Under the pieces are notes generated by a model. It saw only the letters and a list, made by a program, of their open reading frames with translations, made no database searches and was not told the origin of the DNA. A stretch of 64,000 nucleotides of DNA from the NCBI GenBank assembly GCA_025699005.1, contig JAILWI010000002.1:217778-281777 (forward strand). The letters are read 5' to 3'. The position numbers were made by a program, and so were the translations under genes. This document shows positions 19,002 to 28,690 of this stretch, piece by piece. Positions within the stretch are counted from its first letter, which is position 1. Each line of letters begins with the position of its first letter. This DNA is from Chloroflexota bacterium. Lineage in GTDB: Bacteria > Chloroflexota > Limnocylindria > QHBO01.

Positions 19002-19949
19002 TCATGTCCCGGCCAGGCGCTCCACGACCGGGGCCATCTCGTCCAGCGTCCCGATCATGACCGAGCTGATCCTGAGCTCTGCCCTCAGGTGGGTCAGCTT
19101 CTCCACGAATCCGTCGACGGTGTTGATGAAGATGTGGGGTGACGCCAGCAGGTCCTCCGCTGTGACGGCCACGCCGCTTCGGGACTCGAGCCGCGCGGCC
19201 TCCTCGCGCGCCTCCGCGAGCGGGCGATCCGTGATCCGCGGTGCCACCATCGACGGGTAGACGTTGAGCTCCAGCGCATCGAACCGCGCGCCGGCAGCTT
19301 CTCGAACCCAGTCGATCTTCTCGGCCGTGGCGGCGACCGTGATCGAGCTCGGATCGCCGACCGCGTTCGGCAGGATGCGCGGCGCCAGGCCGACGACGTT
19401 CGCCTCGCGGGCGGCGAGCTCGAGGGTGCGCCGACCTCCACCACCGATGAGGAACGGCGGATGCGGCGCCTGCACCGGCTTGGGATGGGCGTCGTGGTCG
19501 GTGATCGTGTAGTGCTCGCCGGCGAAGCTGAAGGGTCCCTCGGAGAAGCAGCCCTTGAGGACGGCGATGGCCTCCGCGAGCCGCGCCTGCCGGATCGGCG
19601 TACGGTCGAAGGCCAGGCCGATCGCGTCGTACTCGGGCCGGTTCCAGCCGGCGCCGATGGCGATGTCGACCCGTCCCTCGCTCAGGACGTCGAGGCTGGC
19701 GAGGTCCTGGGCCAAGACCGCGGGATGGCGCAGGTCGTTGTTGAGGACGAACGAGCTCACCCGGAGCCGATCCGAGAGGGTCACGATCGCGGCCATGGTC
19801 GGGATCGGCGCCATCTGGGGGATGAGGTGGTCGGGGATGACGAGCGTGTCGATGCCGATCGATTCGGCCCGTCGCACCGTCTCGGTGAGCTCGCGAACGG
19901 TGGCGATGTCGCGCGCGTCGGCGAGAAAGCGGAATGGTCGAGTCACCCC
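19002..19949 (-). CDS. LLM class F420-dependent oxidoreductase
   Basis: Luciferase-like TIM-barrel blocks (IGIDTLVIPDHL, IGAGWNRPEYDAIG). The N-terminal ~60 codons of the track ORF are low-complexity and are probably not translated. Start is approximate. Confidence 0.65.
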   Translation of the reverse strand, partial: GVTRPFRFLADARDIATVRELTETVRRAESIGIDTLVIPDHLIPQMAPIPTMAAIVTLSDRLRVSSFVLNNDLRHPAVLAQDLASLDVLSEGRVDIAIGAGWNRPEYDAIGLAFDRTPIRQARLAEAIAVLKGCFSEGPFSFAGEHYTITDHDAHPKPVQAPHPPFLIGGGGRRTLELAAREANVVGLAPRILPNAVGDPSSITVAATAEKIDWVREAAGARFDALELNVYPSMVAPRITDRPLAEAREEAARLESRSGVAVTAEDLLASPHIFINTVDGFVEKLTHLRAELRISSVMIGTLDEMAPVVERLAGT

Positions 19950-20071
19950 GGCATTGTGGTGGATTCGTGCGTCTGGGCGCGTTCCTGGGCCCCCGCGTGG
20001 TGCGGTCCGGTGGGGTCCGGTGCGGTTTCGGCGGCTTGCTGGGTCCTGCTGCGCGATGGTCCAATCGGGGC

Positions 20072-20758
20072 ATGACTGCCCGGGACCGAGCCCCGAGCCG
20101 TCGGACGGACCCGGGGAACCGACACGATCCACTCTCGATCGCGGTCGACCTCATCCGCCGCGGCGAGACGGTGCTCACGCTCATCGACCCACGTGCGCGG
20201 GGACGCGACCCCGATGCGTTCAGCCAGTGGCTGCGTGCCCGCCTCACGATCGCCGAGCTGCCGCGCCTGATCTTTCCCGAGTGCGACGCGCGCTGTGCGG
20301 CGGTCGAGCACGACCCGGACATGCACGTCGTCCTGAGTGACATCGCTCTCGATCCGGCGGCGCCGCGCCGTCCGTCATGGTGGGCGGATTGGAACGACTC
20401 GCTCGAGCAGCTTCATCAGTCCGGGCAGGTCTGGTATGCCGGGGCGCCGGCCATGCCGGTCACGCCGCTGTATCGGCGCCTGGCGATCGGCACGCGCCTG
20501 CGGCGCATCGCGAGCACCGATCCCGCCTGGGTTGCCTACGACCGTACGCCGCAGGAAACGCTCTATCACGTCGAGGACGGCCCGCGCGCGGGGAGCTCCC
20601 TCGTCGCGGTGACCTTCGGGCCCGCGCCCCTCCTTCCGACGTTCGCGGGCGTCCTCATCGCCCCCGACCATCCGCCGGTGCACGACGCACGGATCGCGAT
20701 CCGTCTCCTCGCGGCGGGCTGGTCGGCCGTCGAGCGCGGTCTCCCGTACGAGGAGTAG
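20072..20758 (+). CDS. hypothetical protein
   Basis: 228 aa ORF with coding-like composition. No family recognised. Confidence 0.4.
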   Translation: MTARDRAPSRRTDPGNRHDPLSIAVDLIRRGETVLTLIDPRARGRDPDAFSQWLRARLTIAELPRLIFPECDARCAAVEHDPDMHVVLSDIALDPAAPRRPSWWADWNDSLEQLHQSGQVWYAGAPAMPVTPLYRRLAIGTRLRRIASTDPAWVAYDRTPQETLYHVEDGPRAGSSLVAVTFGPAPLLPTFAGVLIAPDHPPVHDARIAIRLLAAGWSAVERGLPYEE

Positions 20759-20764
20759 CCGGCC

Positions 20765-22783
20765 TCAGCGAGCGCGCTTCGTCGCGCCGTCGGCCCGCGC
20801 CGGCGTGTCGACCCGCTCCGCACCGTTGCCGGACCTCCCCTTCTCGGGAGTCTGCGGCGTGAGCGGCGCCGAGCGCTCGGGCGCCGACCCCTTCTCGGCC
20901 TGGATCACGTGCATGACCGCGTTGATGAGCGAGAGGTGCGTGAACGCCTGCGGGAAGTTGCCGAGATGGCGCCCCGTGTCCGGGTCGAGCTCCTCGCCGT
21001 ACAGGCCCAGGCTGCTGGCGTAGGAGAGGAGCTTTTCGCAGAGGCGCGCCGCGCGGACGACCTCGCCGACCTCGACGAGCGCGGAGACGAGCCAGAAGGA
21101 GCAGATCGTGAAGCTGCCCTCCTCGCCGGACAGGCCGTCATCGGTGAGATCGGTCCGGTAGCGGAGGACGAGGCCGTCGTCGGTGAGCTCGTCGGCGATC
21201 GCGAGAACGGTGCGTCGGATCCGCGGATCCGTGGGCGGAAGGAAGCGGACGAGCGGCATGAGCAGGGCCGACGCGTCGAGCGCATCGGTCTCGTAGTGCT
21301 GGGTGAAGACGCCGCGCTCGTCGACGCCGTTCTCACAGACGTCGGCGTGGATCTCATCGGCGCATGCCTGCCATTGCTCGGCGAGGTCGTGCGCCTCGCG
21401 GATCCGCGCCAGGCGCGCCCCGCGGTCGAGGGCGACCCAGCACATCACCTTCGAGCTCGTGAAGTGCTTCGGCTCGCCGCGGACCTCCCAGATTCCCCGG
21501 TCGGGCTCACGCCAGTGGGCCTGGGCCGCCTCGACCTGCCGCACCATGATCGGCCAGATCCGCTCGTCGAGATGGTCGCGTGACTTCGTGTGGAGGTACA
21601 CGGAATCGAGGACCGCGCCCCACATGTCGTGCTGGCGCTGGCCGTACGCCCCGTTGCCGATGCGGACGGGGCGCGCACCCTCGTAGCCGGAGAGGTGGGG
21701 GAGCTCCTCCTCCTGGAGCGCTTTCTCGCCGTCGACGCCGTACATGATCTGGAGGGCCTCGTCGCGCTCGGCGACATCGGCGATGAAGTGGAGGTAGTCG
21801 TTGGCCTCCCAGTCGAACCCGAGGGTGTAGAGCCCCCACAGCGCGAACGTCGAGTCGCGGATCCAGCTGTAGCGGTAGTCCCAGTTCCGCTCGCCGCCCG
21901 GCGTCTCCGGCAGCGACGTCGTGGCGGCGGCGACGACCGCGCCCGTCGGCGCGTAGGTGAGGCCTTTCAGCGTCAGTGCCGAGCGTTCCAGGTAGGAGCG
22001 CCACGGGTGGTCCGGGAAGGTGCCACGTGCGAGCCAGTGCTGCCAGTGATGGGCCGTCCAGACCAGCCGGCCGTAGGCATCATCGGTCGTCCGTGGCGCG
22101 GCGGCGCCATTCCAGGAGAGCGCGCAGAAGCGGGTCTCGCCCTCCTTGATCAGGGTCCGACCCACGGCCTTGGGTCCCTCGAAGCCGATGTTGATGTCGC
22201 TCGTGAGCACGAGCTCGACGTCGCTGCCGTCCGCCGTGACCGCCCCCTGCTGATACCCGTCCTCGGTGTAGCGCCACGTCCCGAAGCGGCGGCCATAGTC
22301 GAACACGGGCTCGCAATCGAGGATCAGCTGCATCTCGCCGTTCACGCAGCGGACCATTCGCAGCAGGATGTGGCTCGTGTCGTAGTCGGTCGGTGGGCGG
22401 CGCTGGGTCTTCGAGCGTGTGTCACCGTGGCGCCAGGGCCCGATGAGCAGCACGTCACGGACGATGATCCAGCCCTTCGGCGAGCCCCAGGTCGTCTCGA
22501 GCACCATGGTTCCCGGCAGGTAGCGCCGCGCTGCGGGCACCTGGAGGTCGGAGGGCCCGAAGCGGAATCCCCCGGCGTCGCGGTCCAGGATGGCACCGAA
22601 GACGCTCGGGGAGTCCATGCGCGGCAGGCACAGCCACTCGACGTTGCCGCTCGGCGCGACGAGCGCGGTCGTCTCGCAGTCGGAGAGGAATCCGTACTCG
22701 CCGATGGGCGGGAACGGGGAGGTCTTGAACCGGGTCCGCGGCGCAGCATGGTCGCGCCCCTCCGGTCGTCCGTTCGTCGACAT
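20765..22783 (-). CDS. glycoside hydrolase family 15 protein (glucoamylase/trehalase-like, (alpha/alpha)6 barrel with N-terminal beta domain)
   Basis: 672 aa. Collinear with actinobacterial GH15 family proteins (EYGFLSDCETTALV N-terminus, conserved catalytic-region blocks). Confidence 0.85.
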   Translation of the reverse strand: MSTNGRPEGRDHAAPRTRFKTSPFPPIGEYGFLSDCETTALVAPSGNVEWLCLPRMDSPSVFGAILDRDAGGFRFGPSDLQVPAARRYLPGTMVLETTWGSPKGWIIVRDVLLIGPWRHGDTRSKTQRRPPTDYDTSHILLRMVRCVNGEMQLILDCEPVFDYGRRFGTWRYTEDGYQQGAVTADGSDVELVLTSDINIGFEGPKAVGRTLIKEGETRFCALSWNGAAAPRTTDDAYGRLVWTAHHWQHWLARGTFPDHPWRSYLERSALTLKGLTYAPTGAVVAAATTSLPETPGGERNWDYRYSWIRDSTFALWGLYTLGFDWEANDYLHFIADVAERDEALQIMYGVDGEKALQEEELPHLSGYEGARPVRIGNGAYGQRQHDMWGAVLDSVYLHTKSRDHLDERIWPIMVRQVEAAQAHWREPDRGIWEVRGEPKHFTSSKVMCWVALDRGARLARIREAHDLAEQWQACADEIHADVCENGVDERGVFTQHYETDALDASALLMPLVRFLPPTDPRIRRTVLAIADELTDDGLVLRYRTDLTDDGLSGEEGSFTICSFWLVSALVEVGEVVRAARLCEKLLSYASSLGLYGEELDPDTGRHLGNFPQAFTHLSLINAVMHVIQAEKGSAPERSAPLTPQTPEKGRSGNGAERVDTPARADGATKRAR

Positions 22784-22866
22784 GGCAGTCCTCCCACCTG
22801 GGGCCGCACAGTCTCACACGTCCGCGCAACGCGGCCAACCCCCGAAGGTCCCGGTCGGGTCCCGGG

Positions 22867-23727
22867 TCAGATGTCGGCGGCGAACGTGTCGCAGGCAGAT
22901 GCAGATCCGGCCTCGAGGCCGATCTGGAACCACTCCTGTCGCTGCTCGGATGATCCGTGCGTCCAGGTTTCGGGGTTCACCTGGCCCTGCGTCTGCTCCT
23001 GGATGCGGTCGTCGCCGATGACGCTCGCCGCATCGAGCGCCTGGGCGATCTGCTCGCGGGTCAGCGGCTCGAGGAACCCTGTCGCGACGGCGTTGCCGCC
23101 CCATACGCCGGCGAAGCAGTCGGCCTGGAGCTCGGTGCGCACCGCGCCACCCTCGGCGCCCGCGTCCCGGCCGGCCTCGAGCAGGCCCAGCAGGTTCTGG
23201 ATGTGGTGGCCGTACTCGTGGGCCATGACGTACATCTCGGCGAATGGCCCGCCCTCGGCACCGAAGCGGCTCTCCAGCTGGTCGTAGAAGCCGAGGTCGA
23301 TGTAGATCGTCTGGTCGAGCGGGCAGTAGAACGGCCCGACGGCGCTCGTCGCGTTGCCGCACTCGGTGCTCACGCCATCGTTGAAGACCACGACCTCGGG
23401 CTGCCGGAAGGACCCCTGGCCTTCGAACGCACCGGACCAGTACGCGTCGAGGCTCTGCACCGCGCCGAGCAGCCGGCAGTCCTGGCGCTCGTTCGCGTCC
23501 TGTCCCGTCTCGCACTCGCTGATGGCCTGGCTGCCGACCGGACCTTCCTGGATCCCGCCGCCCAGGCCGCCGAGGCTGCCGAGATCGCCGCCGAGCAGGA
23601 CCACGGCCGCGATGAGGATGAGGGTGCCGAGGCCGCCACCGACCGCGATCCCGCCGCCGCGGATGCGGCGGCCACGTTGATCGCTGACCCGGCCGGGATC
23701 GAGGTCGACGTCGCGTCTGAAGGTCAT
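22867..23727 (-). CDS. YpfJ-like putative neutral zinc metallopeptidase (Zn_peptidase_2)
   Basis: N-terminal TM helix. HEYGHHIQ zinc-binding motif and downstream conserved Glu. Confidence 0.8.
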   Translation of the reverse strand: MTFRRDVDLDPGRVSDQRGRRIRGGGIAVGGGLGTLILIAAVVLLGGDLGSLGGLGGGIQEGPVGSQAISECETGQDANERQDCRLLGAVQSLDAYWSGAFEGQGSFRQPEVVVFNDGVSTECGNATSAVGPFYCPLDQTIYIDLGFYDQLESRFGAEGGPFAEMYVMAHEYGHHIQNLLGLLEAGRDAGAEGGAVRTELQADCFAGVWGGNAVATGFLEPLTREQIAQALDAASVIGDDRIQEQTQGQVNPETWTHGSSEQRQEWFQIGLEAGSASACDTFAADI

Positions 23728-23780
23728 CGGCTGCGGCTCTCCGTGCTGCTGGTCGGTCGGCGGGTGGGCATCCGCTCGCC

Positions 23781-25961
23781 ATGGTCACCATAGCGTGCAG
23801 CGTGCCAGAGGACCCGGGCAGGACCATCAGGGCATGGTCGATGACGATCCGTCGCGCCACGATGCAGCCGATGACGGGTGTGACCCGGGGGGACCACGCT
23901 TTGCTCGACGGCCCCCGGCTGGCGGCCGCGCTCGCTCGTGCTCGGACGCGGTTCCTCGGTGACCCGTACCTCTTCTACACGGCGAGCCTCGTGCCGGTCG
24001 CCGTGCTCGTCGCGTTCCTCGGCCAAGAATCCGGACACGTTCCAGGGGCGCTCGGTGCCGGCGCGCTCGCGGTGCTCGCCCAGGGCCTGCTCGGCTTGCT
24101 CGGCCGCCGGCGGCGGATCCAGGACCGCGTCATGTGGCAGCTGATTCGGCTGGCGCCGCCCCTCGCCTTCGTCGCCTTCGCGTCGCGGTTCATCGGCGGG
24201 GATTCGCTGCCGCTCATCTCGCTCTACATCCCGGTGGTCGCGGCGGCTGCGGCAGCGGGCACCGTCCAGGGCATCGTGGCCGGGTCGATCGCGGCAGCGA
24301 TCCTCGTCGGTCCGGAGCTCGGTGACCTTGGATCGCCCAGCGCCGTTGCGCTGCGAAGCGTCACGATCGCGGGCGTCACGCTCGTCGTCGGACTGGGAAC
24401 GCGACGCATCGTCCGGGCGCTCCAGAACGCGATCGCGTCGGCGCACGCCGCGGTCATCGCCGAGCGCCGCCGGGCGCGCCAGATCGACGCGCTCGAGGCG
24501 GTCGGCAACCTGCTGGCCGCGGGCGGGCCGACCCCCGAGCTGCTCGGCCAGGTCGTGGACGTCATCGGCCGCCGGCTCGGGTACCCGCACGTGTCGATCT
24601 ATCTCGGCGACCGGAGGCGCATGCGCCTGGTGGCGAGCACCGGCTATGCGTCGGCGATCCCCGAGTTCGACCCATCCACCGGCGTCGCGGGCCGCGTGAT
24701 GCGGTCGGGCGAGCTCGCATTCGTGCCCGACATCGGCGAGGACCCCGACTACGTCCTGGGGGAGCTGGCGGCCACGAGCCTGATCTGCGCGCCGCTTGTC
24801 GTCGACGAGGAGCTGCTCGGGATCCTCAACGTGGAGACGAGCGGGCGTCGCCGACTCGGGCCCACGGACCGCACGCTCGTGTCGATCATCGCCGGTCGCA
24901 TCGCGACGGCCATTGCCCTCGGCCAGGACCGCCAGGCGCTCTCGGCGCGGGCGGACCTGTTCCGTGACCTCGCCGCATTCGGGCGTGACGTGTCGAGCTC
25001 CCTCGCGGTCGAGCCGCTGGCCGAGCTCGTCGTGGCTGCGGCCGAACGCGTCGTCCGTGCCGACGCGCTTGCCGTCACGCTCCTCGAGCGAGGGGACGGA
25101 CGCTACACGGTGCGCGCAGCCTCGGGCCTCCCGCCGGCCGTCCTCGGTCGCGAGATCGTGGTGGGGGAGGGCCTTGCCGGCCGCGCGATGCGCGATCGGG
25201 CTACGGTCATCGAGGCTGGCTTCGCCTCGGAGAAGTTCCCGCGGTCCGTGCGCGCGATGGGCGTGCCGGACTTCGTCCACGGCATCGGCCTGCCGCTCGT
25301 CCGTGACGGCGTCGTCATCGGCGCGTTCACGGTCGGACGCACCGAACCGGACTCCCAACCCTTCAACGACCTCGAGATCGAGGGCCTGCAGCTCGTGGCG
25401 ACGAGCGCCGCCCTTGCCGTCGCGAACGCCTTTCTGCATGCCGACATGGCCGAGCTCGCCATCCGCGACCCGCTGACGGGCCTCTACAACCGCCGCCACT
25501 TCGACGAGGCCCTCGACCGCATGCTGGCCGCGAACCGTCGCGAGCGCCTCGGGTCACCGCGACCGCTCAGCGCCATCGTGTTCGACCTCGACCGTTTCGG
25601 GGCGTTCAACAAGGAGCACGGGCACCAGGTCGGCGACGAGGTGCTCAAGGCGTTCGCATCGGTGCTCGACGGCCGGTTCCGGGCAAGTGACCTGGTCGCC
25701 CGACTGGGCGGCGAGGAGTTCATCGTGGTCCTCGACGGATCGGACCGGGAGCAGGCCGTTCGGATCGCCGACGAGGTGCGGGCGCTGCTCGCCGACCGGG
25801 TCGTGCCGGCTGCGAACGGCGACGAGCTGCGCGTGACGGTGTCGGCCGGCTGCGCCGAGCTCGACCCCGCGAACGCGACACGAGAGACGCTGCTGCGGAC
25901 CGCCGACGTGGCGCTGTTCATGGCCAAACGAGCCGGCCGCGACCGGGTGGTCGCCGCCTAG
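23781..25961 (+). CDS. membrane-anchored GAF-GAF-GGDEF diguanylate cyclase
   Basis: Multiple N-terminal TM helices, two GAF-like regions, C-terminal GGDEF domain with RLGGEEF active-site motif and RxxD I-site-like region. Confidence 0.8.
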   Translation: MVTIACSVPEDPGRTIRAWSMTIRRATMQPMTGVTRGDHALLDGPRLAAALARARTRFLGDPYLFYTASLVPVAVLVAFLGQESGHVPGALGAGALAVLAQGLLGLLGRRRRIQDRVMWQLIRLAPPLAFVAFASRFIGGDSLPLISLYIPVVAAAAAAGTVQGIVAGSIAAAILVGPELGDLGSPSAVALRSVTIAGVTLVVGLGTRRIVRALQNAIASAHAAVIAERRRARQIDALEAVGNLLAAGGPTPELLGQVVDVIGRRLGYPHVSIYLGDRRRMRLVASTGYASAIPEFDPSTGVAGRVMRSGELAFVPDIGEDPDYVLGELAATSLICAPLVVDEELLGILNVETSGRRRLGPTDRTLVSIIAGRIATAIALGQDRQALSARADLFRDLAAFGRDVSSSLAVEPLAELVVAAAERVVRADALAVTLLERGDGRYTVRAASGLPPAVLGREIVVGEGLAGRAMRDRATVIEAGFASEKFPRSVRAMGVPDFVHGIGLPLVRDGVVIGAFTVGRTEPDSQPFNDLEIEGLQLVATSAALAVANAFLHADMAELAIRDPLTGLYNRRHFDEALDRMLAANRRERLGSPRPLSAIVFDLDRFGAFNKEHGHQVGDEVLKAFASVLDGRFRASDLVARLGGEEFIVVLDGSDREQAVRIADEVRALLADRVVPAANGDELRVTVSAGCAELDPANATRETLLRTADVALFMAKRAGRDRVVAA

Positions 25962-25963
25962 GT

Positions 25964-27031
25964 TCAGGAGCCGGGAGCCAGCAGCTCCGCGAGCCACGCC
26001 AGCGCATCGGGGTATCGCCAATCGATCCCGGAATGCGTGCCGTCGAACAGCTCGAAGCGCACGCGGTCGTCGTCCACGCCGAGCTCGAGCAGCGCATCGC
26101 GGAAGGCGATCGCGCCGAGATCGAGGTAGAAGTCGTCACTCCGCCCGGCGTCGATCCAGATGGCGCGCAGCCCGCGGAGCGCATCGGCGCGCTCGGCCGC
26201 CATGCGGACGGGATCCCAGGCCAGCCATCGCTCCCAGATCTCGGGAACGTCGCGACCGGTGCGGATGTCGAAGGGGAGGCGGACCGTGCCGTCGGCATCG
26301 GCGGAGTAGCACGCCGCCATGCACCAGACGTTGAGCAGCGCGCCGTCCGTGGACCGGGATCGCCCGCGGCGGGAGCGGAAGTCGTCCCAGAAGCGGTCGT
26401 ACGAGCCCTCGTAGTGGTCGCGTAGCGCTCGCGCCGCCTCGCGGAAGTCGGGGGCGTAGCAGACCTCGAACAGCGCATCCCCGGCGTGCGTGACCAGTCC
26501 GCCGAAGAGGTCGGGCCGGAGCATTGGCGTGATCATCGCGCCGTAGCCGCCGGAGCTCTTGCCCGCCACCCCCCGGTGCGCGGCATCGGTGAGGGTGCGG
26601 TACCGGCGGTCGACGAACGGGACGATCTCGTCGCAGAGGTAGGTGTGGTATCGCCCGGTCGCTGCGGAGTCGACGAACTGGGACCCGCCCAGGCTCGTCC
26701 ACGCGTCGACGAACACGATGATCGCCGCCGGCGACTCGGCCGCCGAGAAGCGACGGTCGATCGCCTCGGGCGTCGTCGGGCTGAATGCCTTCCGTCCCCG
26801 CCACATGTCGACCTGGCCCGTCAGGCCCTGGAGGACGTAGATCGTGGGATATCGCCGATCGGGCTCGTCGTCGTAGCCGGGCGGTGTGTACACGAGCAGC
26901 GGACGCCGGTGCGGGTCGCCCAGCGGGTTGGAGGTCAGCGCCTCGGAGTCGATGACGAGGTCGTCGAGGCGTCCGCGCCAGGCGTGACCCCACGGGGGAG
27001 GAAGGTCCATGCCGGTCACGGTAGCAGCCAT
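25964..27031 (-). CDS. esterase-family alpha/beta hydrolase (putative esterase, PF00756-like)
   Basis: PTIYVLQGLTG and GKSSGGYGA nucleophile elbow. Resembles enterochelin esterase / S-formylglutathione hydrolase-type esterases. Confidence 0.7.
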   Translation of the reverse strand: MAATVTGMDLPPPWGHAWRGRLDDLVIDSEALTSNPLGDPHRRPLLVYTPPGYDDEPDRRYPTIYVLQGLTGQVDMWRGRKAFSPTTPEAIDRRFSAAESPAAIIVFVDAWTSLGGSQFVDSAATGRYHTYLCDEIVPFVDRRYRTLTDAAHRGVAGKSSGGYGAMITPMLRPDLFGGLVTHAGDALFEVCYAPDFREAARALRDHYEGSYDRFWDDFRSRRGRSRSTDGALLNVWCMAACYSADADGTVRLPFDIRTGRDVPEIWERWLAWDPVRMAAERADALRGLRAIWIDAGRSDDFYLDLGAIAFRDALLELGVDDDRVRFELFDGTHSGIDWRYPDALAWLAELLAPGS

Positions 27032-27053
27032 GCCGGGCGTCGAGCCGGCGGGA

Positions 27054-27782
27054 TCACCCGGTCTCGCCGCGAAGCTCCACCATGGTCAGCCGCCGGATGG
27101 CGAGCGCCGTGGCCAGGACGACGACGGCGCCGCCGATCAGGAGCGCCACGCTCAGCGCGAGCTCCGCGCTCACCGCGCCTTCTCCGACGATCGCATCGCC
27201 CACGGCCAGGGCGTGCTGGCGCACGGACACGATGCGAGTCCCGGCGAACAGTCCCGCGACGACGCCCTCCCACACCACGACGTACGCCAGCCCGACGACG
27301 AGCGCGCGCGACGTCACGAGGGAGAGGGCCAGGAAGACGGCGGCGTATTCGAGGGCTCCGAGCGCCGCGGCGACGGCGTAGCCGATGCCGATCTCGGAAT
27401 CGCCAGCGGTGCCCACCAGGCCGCCGATGAGGATCGGCACGGCCACGAGAAGGGTCGCGACCAGCCACGTGACGGCCAGCTTGACGAGGACGATGAGCCA
27501 GCGCGGCAGCGGGCGGGCGAGGAGGTAGACGATCGTGCCGTCGTCGAGCTCCGACCCGACGGCCGCCGTCCCGACGATGACGGTCACGAGCGGCAGGAGC
27601 ACCGCCAGCCCGAAGTCCGCCGCCAGACGTCCCGTGAACCGGGTCGCCTCTGCCGTCGACGGGTCGCCGAGGCGGAAGATGCCGGCGACCAGGACGAGGA
27701 GCCCGCCGAGCGCGGCCAGCAGGAGCGTTCGACGGCGATTCAGGAGCGCTCGGAACGTGAGCGACACGAGGGCGGCGGTCAT
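27054..27782 (-). CDS. ABC-2 type transporter permease
   Basis: 6-TM hydrophobic protein. ATG overlaps the stop of the upstream ATPase (ATGA). Confidence 0.7.
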   Translation of the reverse strand: MTAALVSLTFRALLNRRRTLLLAALGGLLVLVAGIFRLGDPSTAEATRFTGRLAADFGLAVLLPLVTVIVGTAAVGSELDDGTIVYLLARPLPRWLIVLVKLAVTWLVATLLVAVPILIGGLVGTAGDSEIGIGYAVAAALGALEYAAVFLALSLVTSRALVVGLAYVVVWEGVVAGLFAGTRIVSVRQHALAVGDAIVGEGAVSAELALSVALLIGGAVVVLATALAIRRLTMVELRGETG

Positions 27783-28690
27783 CGGCGCACCAGGTAGCTG
27801 AAGACCGATTCGAGCGACTCGTCGGCGGGACGGAGCTCGTAGAGGGTGACGCCGGCGCGACGTGCCGCGGAGGCGATGCCGCGCGTGAGGGCACCGTAGT
27901 CGGCGGTACGCAGGGTGAGACGGCCGTCGCGGAGCTCCACCGACTCTACGTCGGGCGCCGCCATGAGCTCGACCGCCAGCCGCCGATCGTCGCTCGAGCG
28001 GAGCGTGAACTGGTGGGGCCGATCGGTCATGAGGCGCCGGATGCGGCGGAAGTCGCCCGCGGCGGCGAGCCGGCCCGCGACGACGACGAGCACGCGGTCC
28101 GAGAGCCGCTCGACCTCCTCGAGGATGTGGCTCGAGAACAGGATCGTGCGCCCATCGGCGGCCATGGCGCGCAGGAGGTCCATCATCGAGAGCCGCTGGC
28201 GGGGATCCATGCCATTGAAGGGCTCGTCCAGGATCAGCGTCGGCGGATCGTGGACGAGCGCGGCCGCCACCTTCGCGCGCTGGCGCATGCCCTTCGAGTA
28301 GCCGCTCATGCCCCGGTCGGCCGCGTCGGCGAGGCCGACCGTCGCGATGGCGCGTTCGGTCGCGGCGCGTGGATCGGCGACTCCCGAAAGCCGCGCCGAT
28401 GCCTCGACGAACTGGCGGGCGGTCAGGAAGGGGTAGAACGCCTCGCGTTCCGGCACGAATCCGATGCCCCGATAGACCTCGGGATGTCGCCACGTCGGCG
28501 TCCCGTCGAGGTCGACCGTTCCGGCCGACGGGGCGAGGAAGCCGGCCATGAGGTGGAGCAGCGTGGTCTTGCCCGCGCCATTGGGGCCGAGCAGGCCGGT
28601 GATGCCCGGACCGACCTCGAAGCTCACATCGTTGACGGCCACCACGTTGCCGTACCAGCGGGAGACACCGGCGAGCGCCAGGACGGTCAC
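27779..28690 (-). CDS. ABC transporter ATP-binding protein
   Basis: Walker A GPNGAGKTT, signature SGYSKGMRQR, Walker B LILDEP. GTG start overlaps the stop of the upstream permease (GTGA). Confidence 0.85.
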   Translation of the reverse strand: MTVLALAGVSRWYGNVVAVNDVSFEVGPGITGLLGPNGAGKTTLLHLMAGFLAPSAGTVDLDGTPTWRHPEVYRGIGFVPEREAFYPFLTARQFVEASARLSGVADPRAATERAIATVGLADAADRGMSGYSKGMRQRAKVAAALVHDPPTLILDEPFNGMDPRQRLSMMDLLRAMAADGRTILFSSHILEEVERLSDRVLVVVAGRLAAAGDFRRIRRLMTDRPHQFTLRSSDDRRLAVELMAAPDVESVELRDGRLTLRTADYGALTRGIASAARRAGVTLYELRPADESLESVFSYLVRR

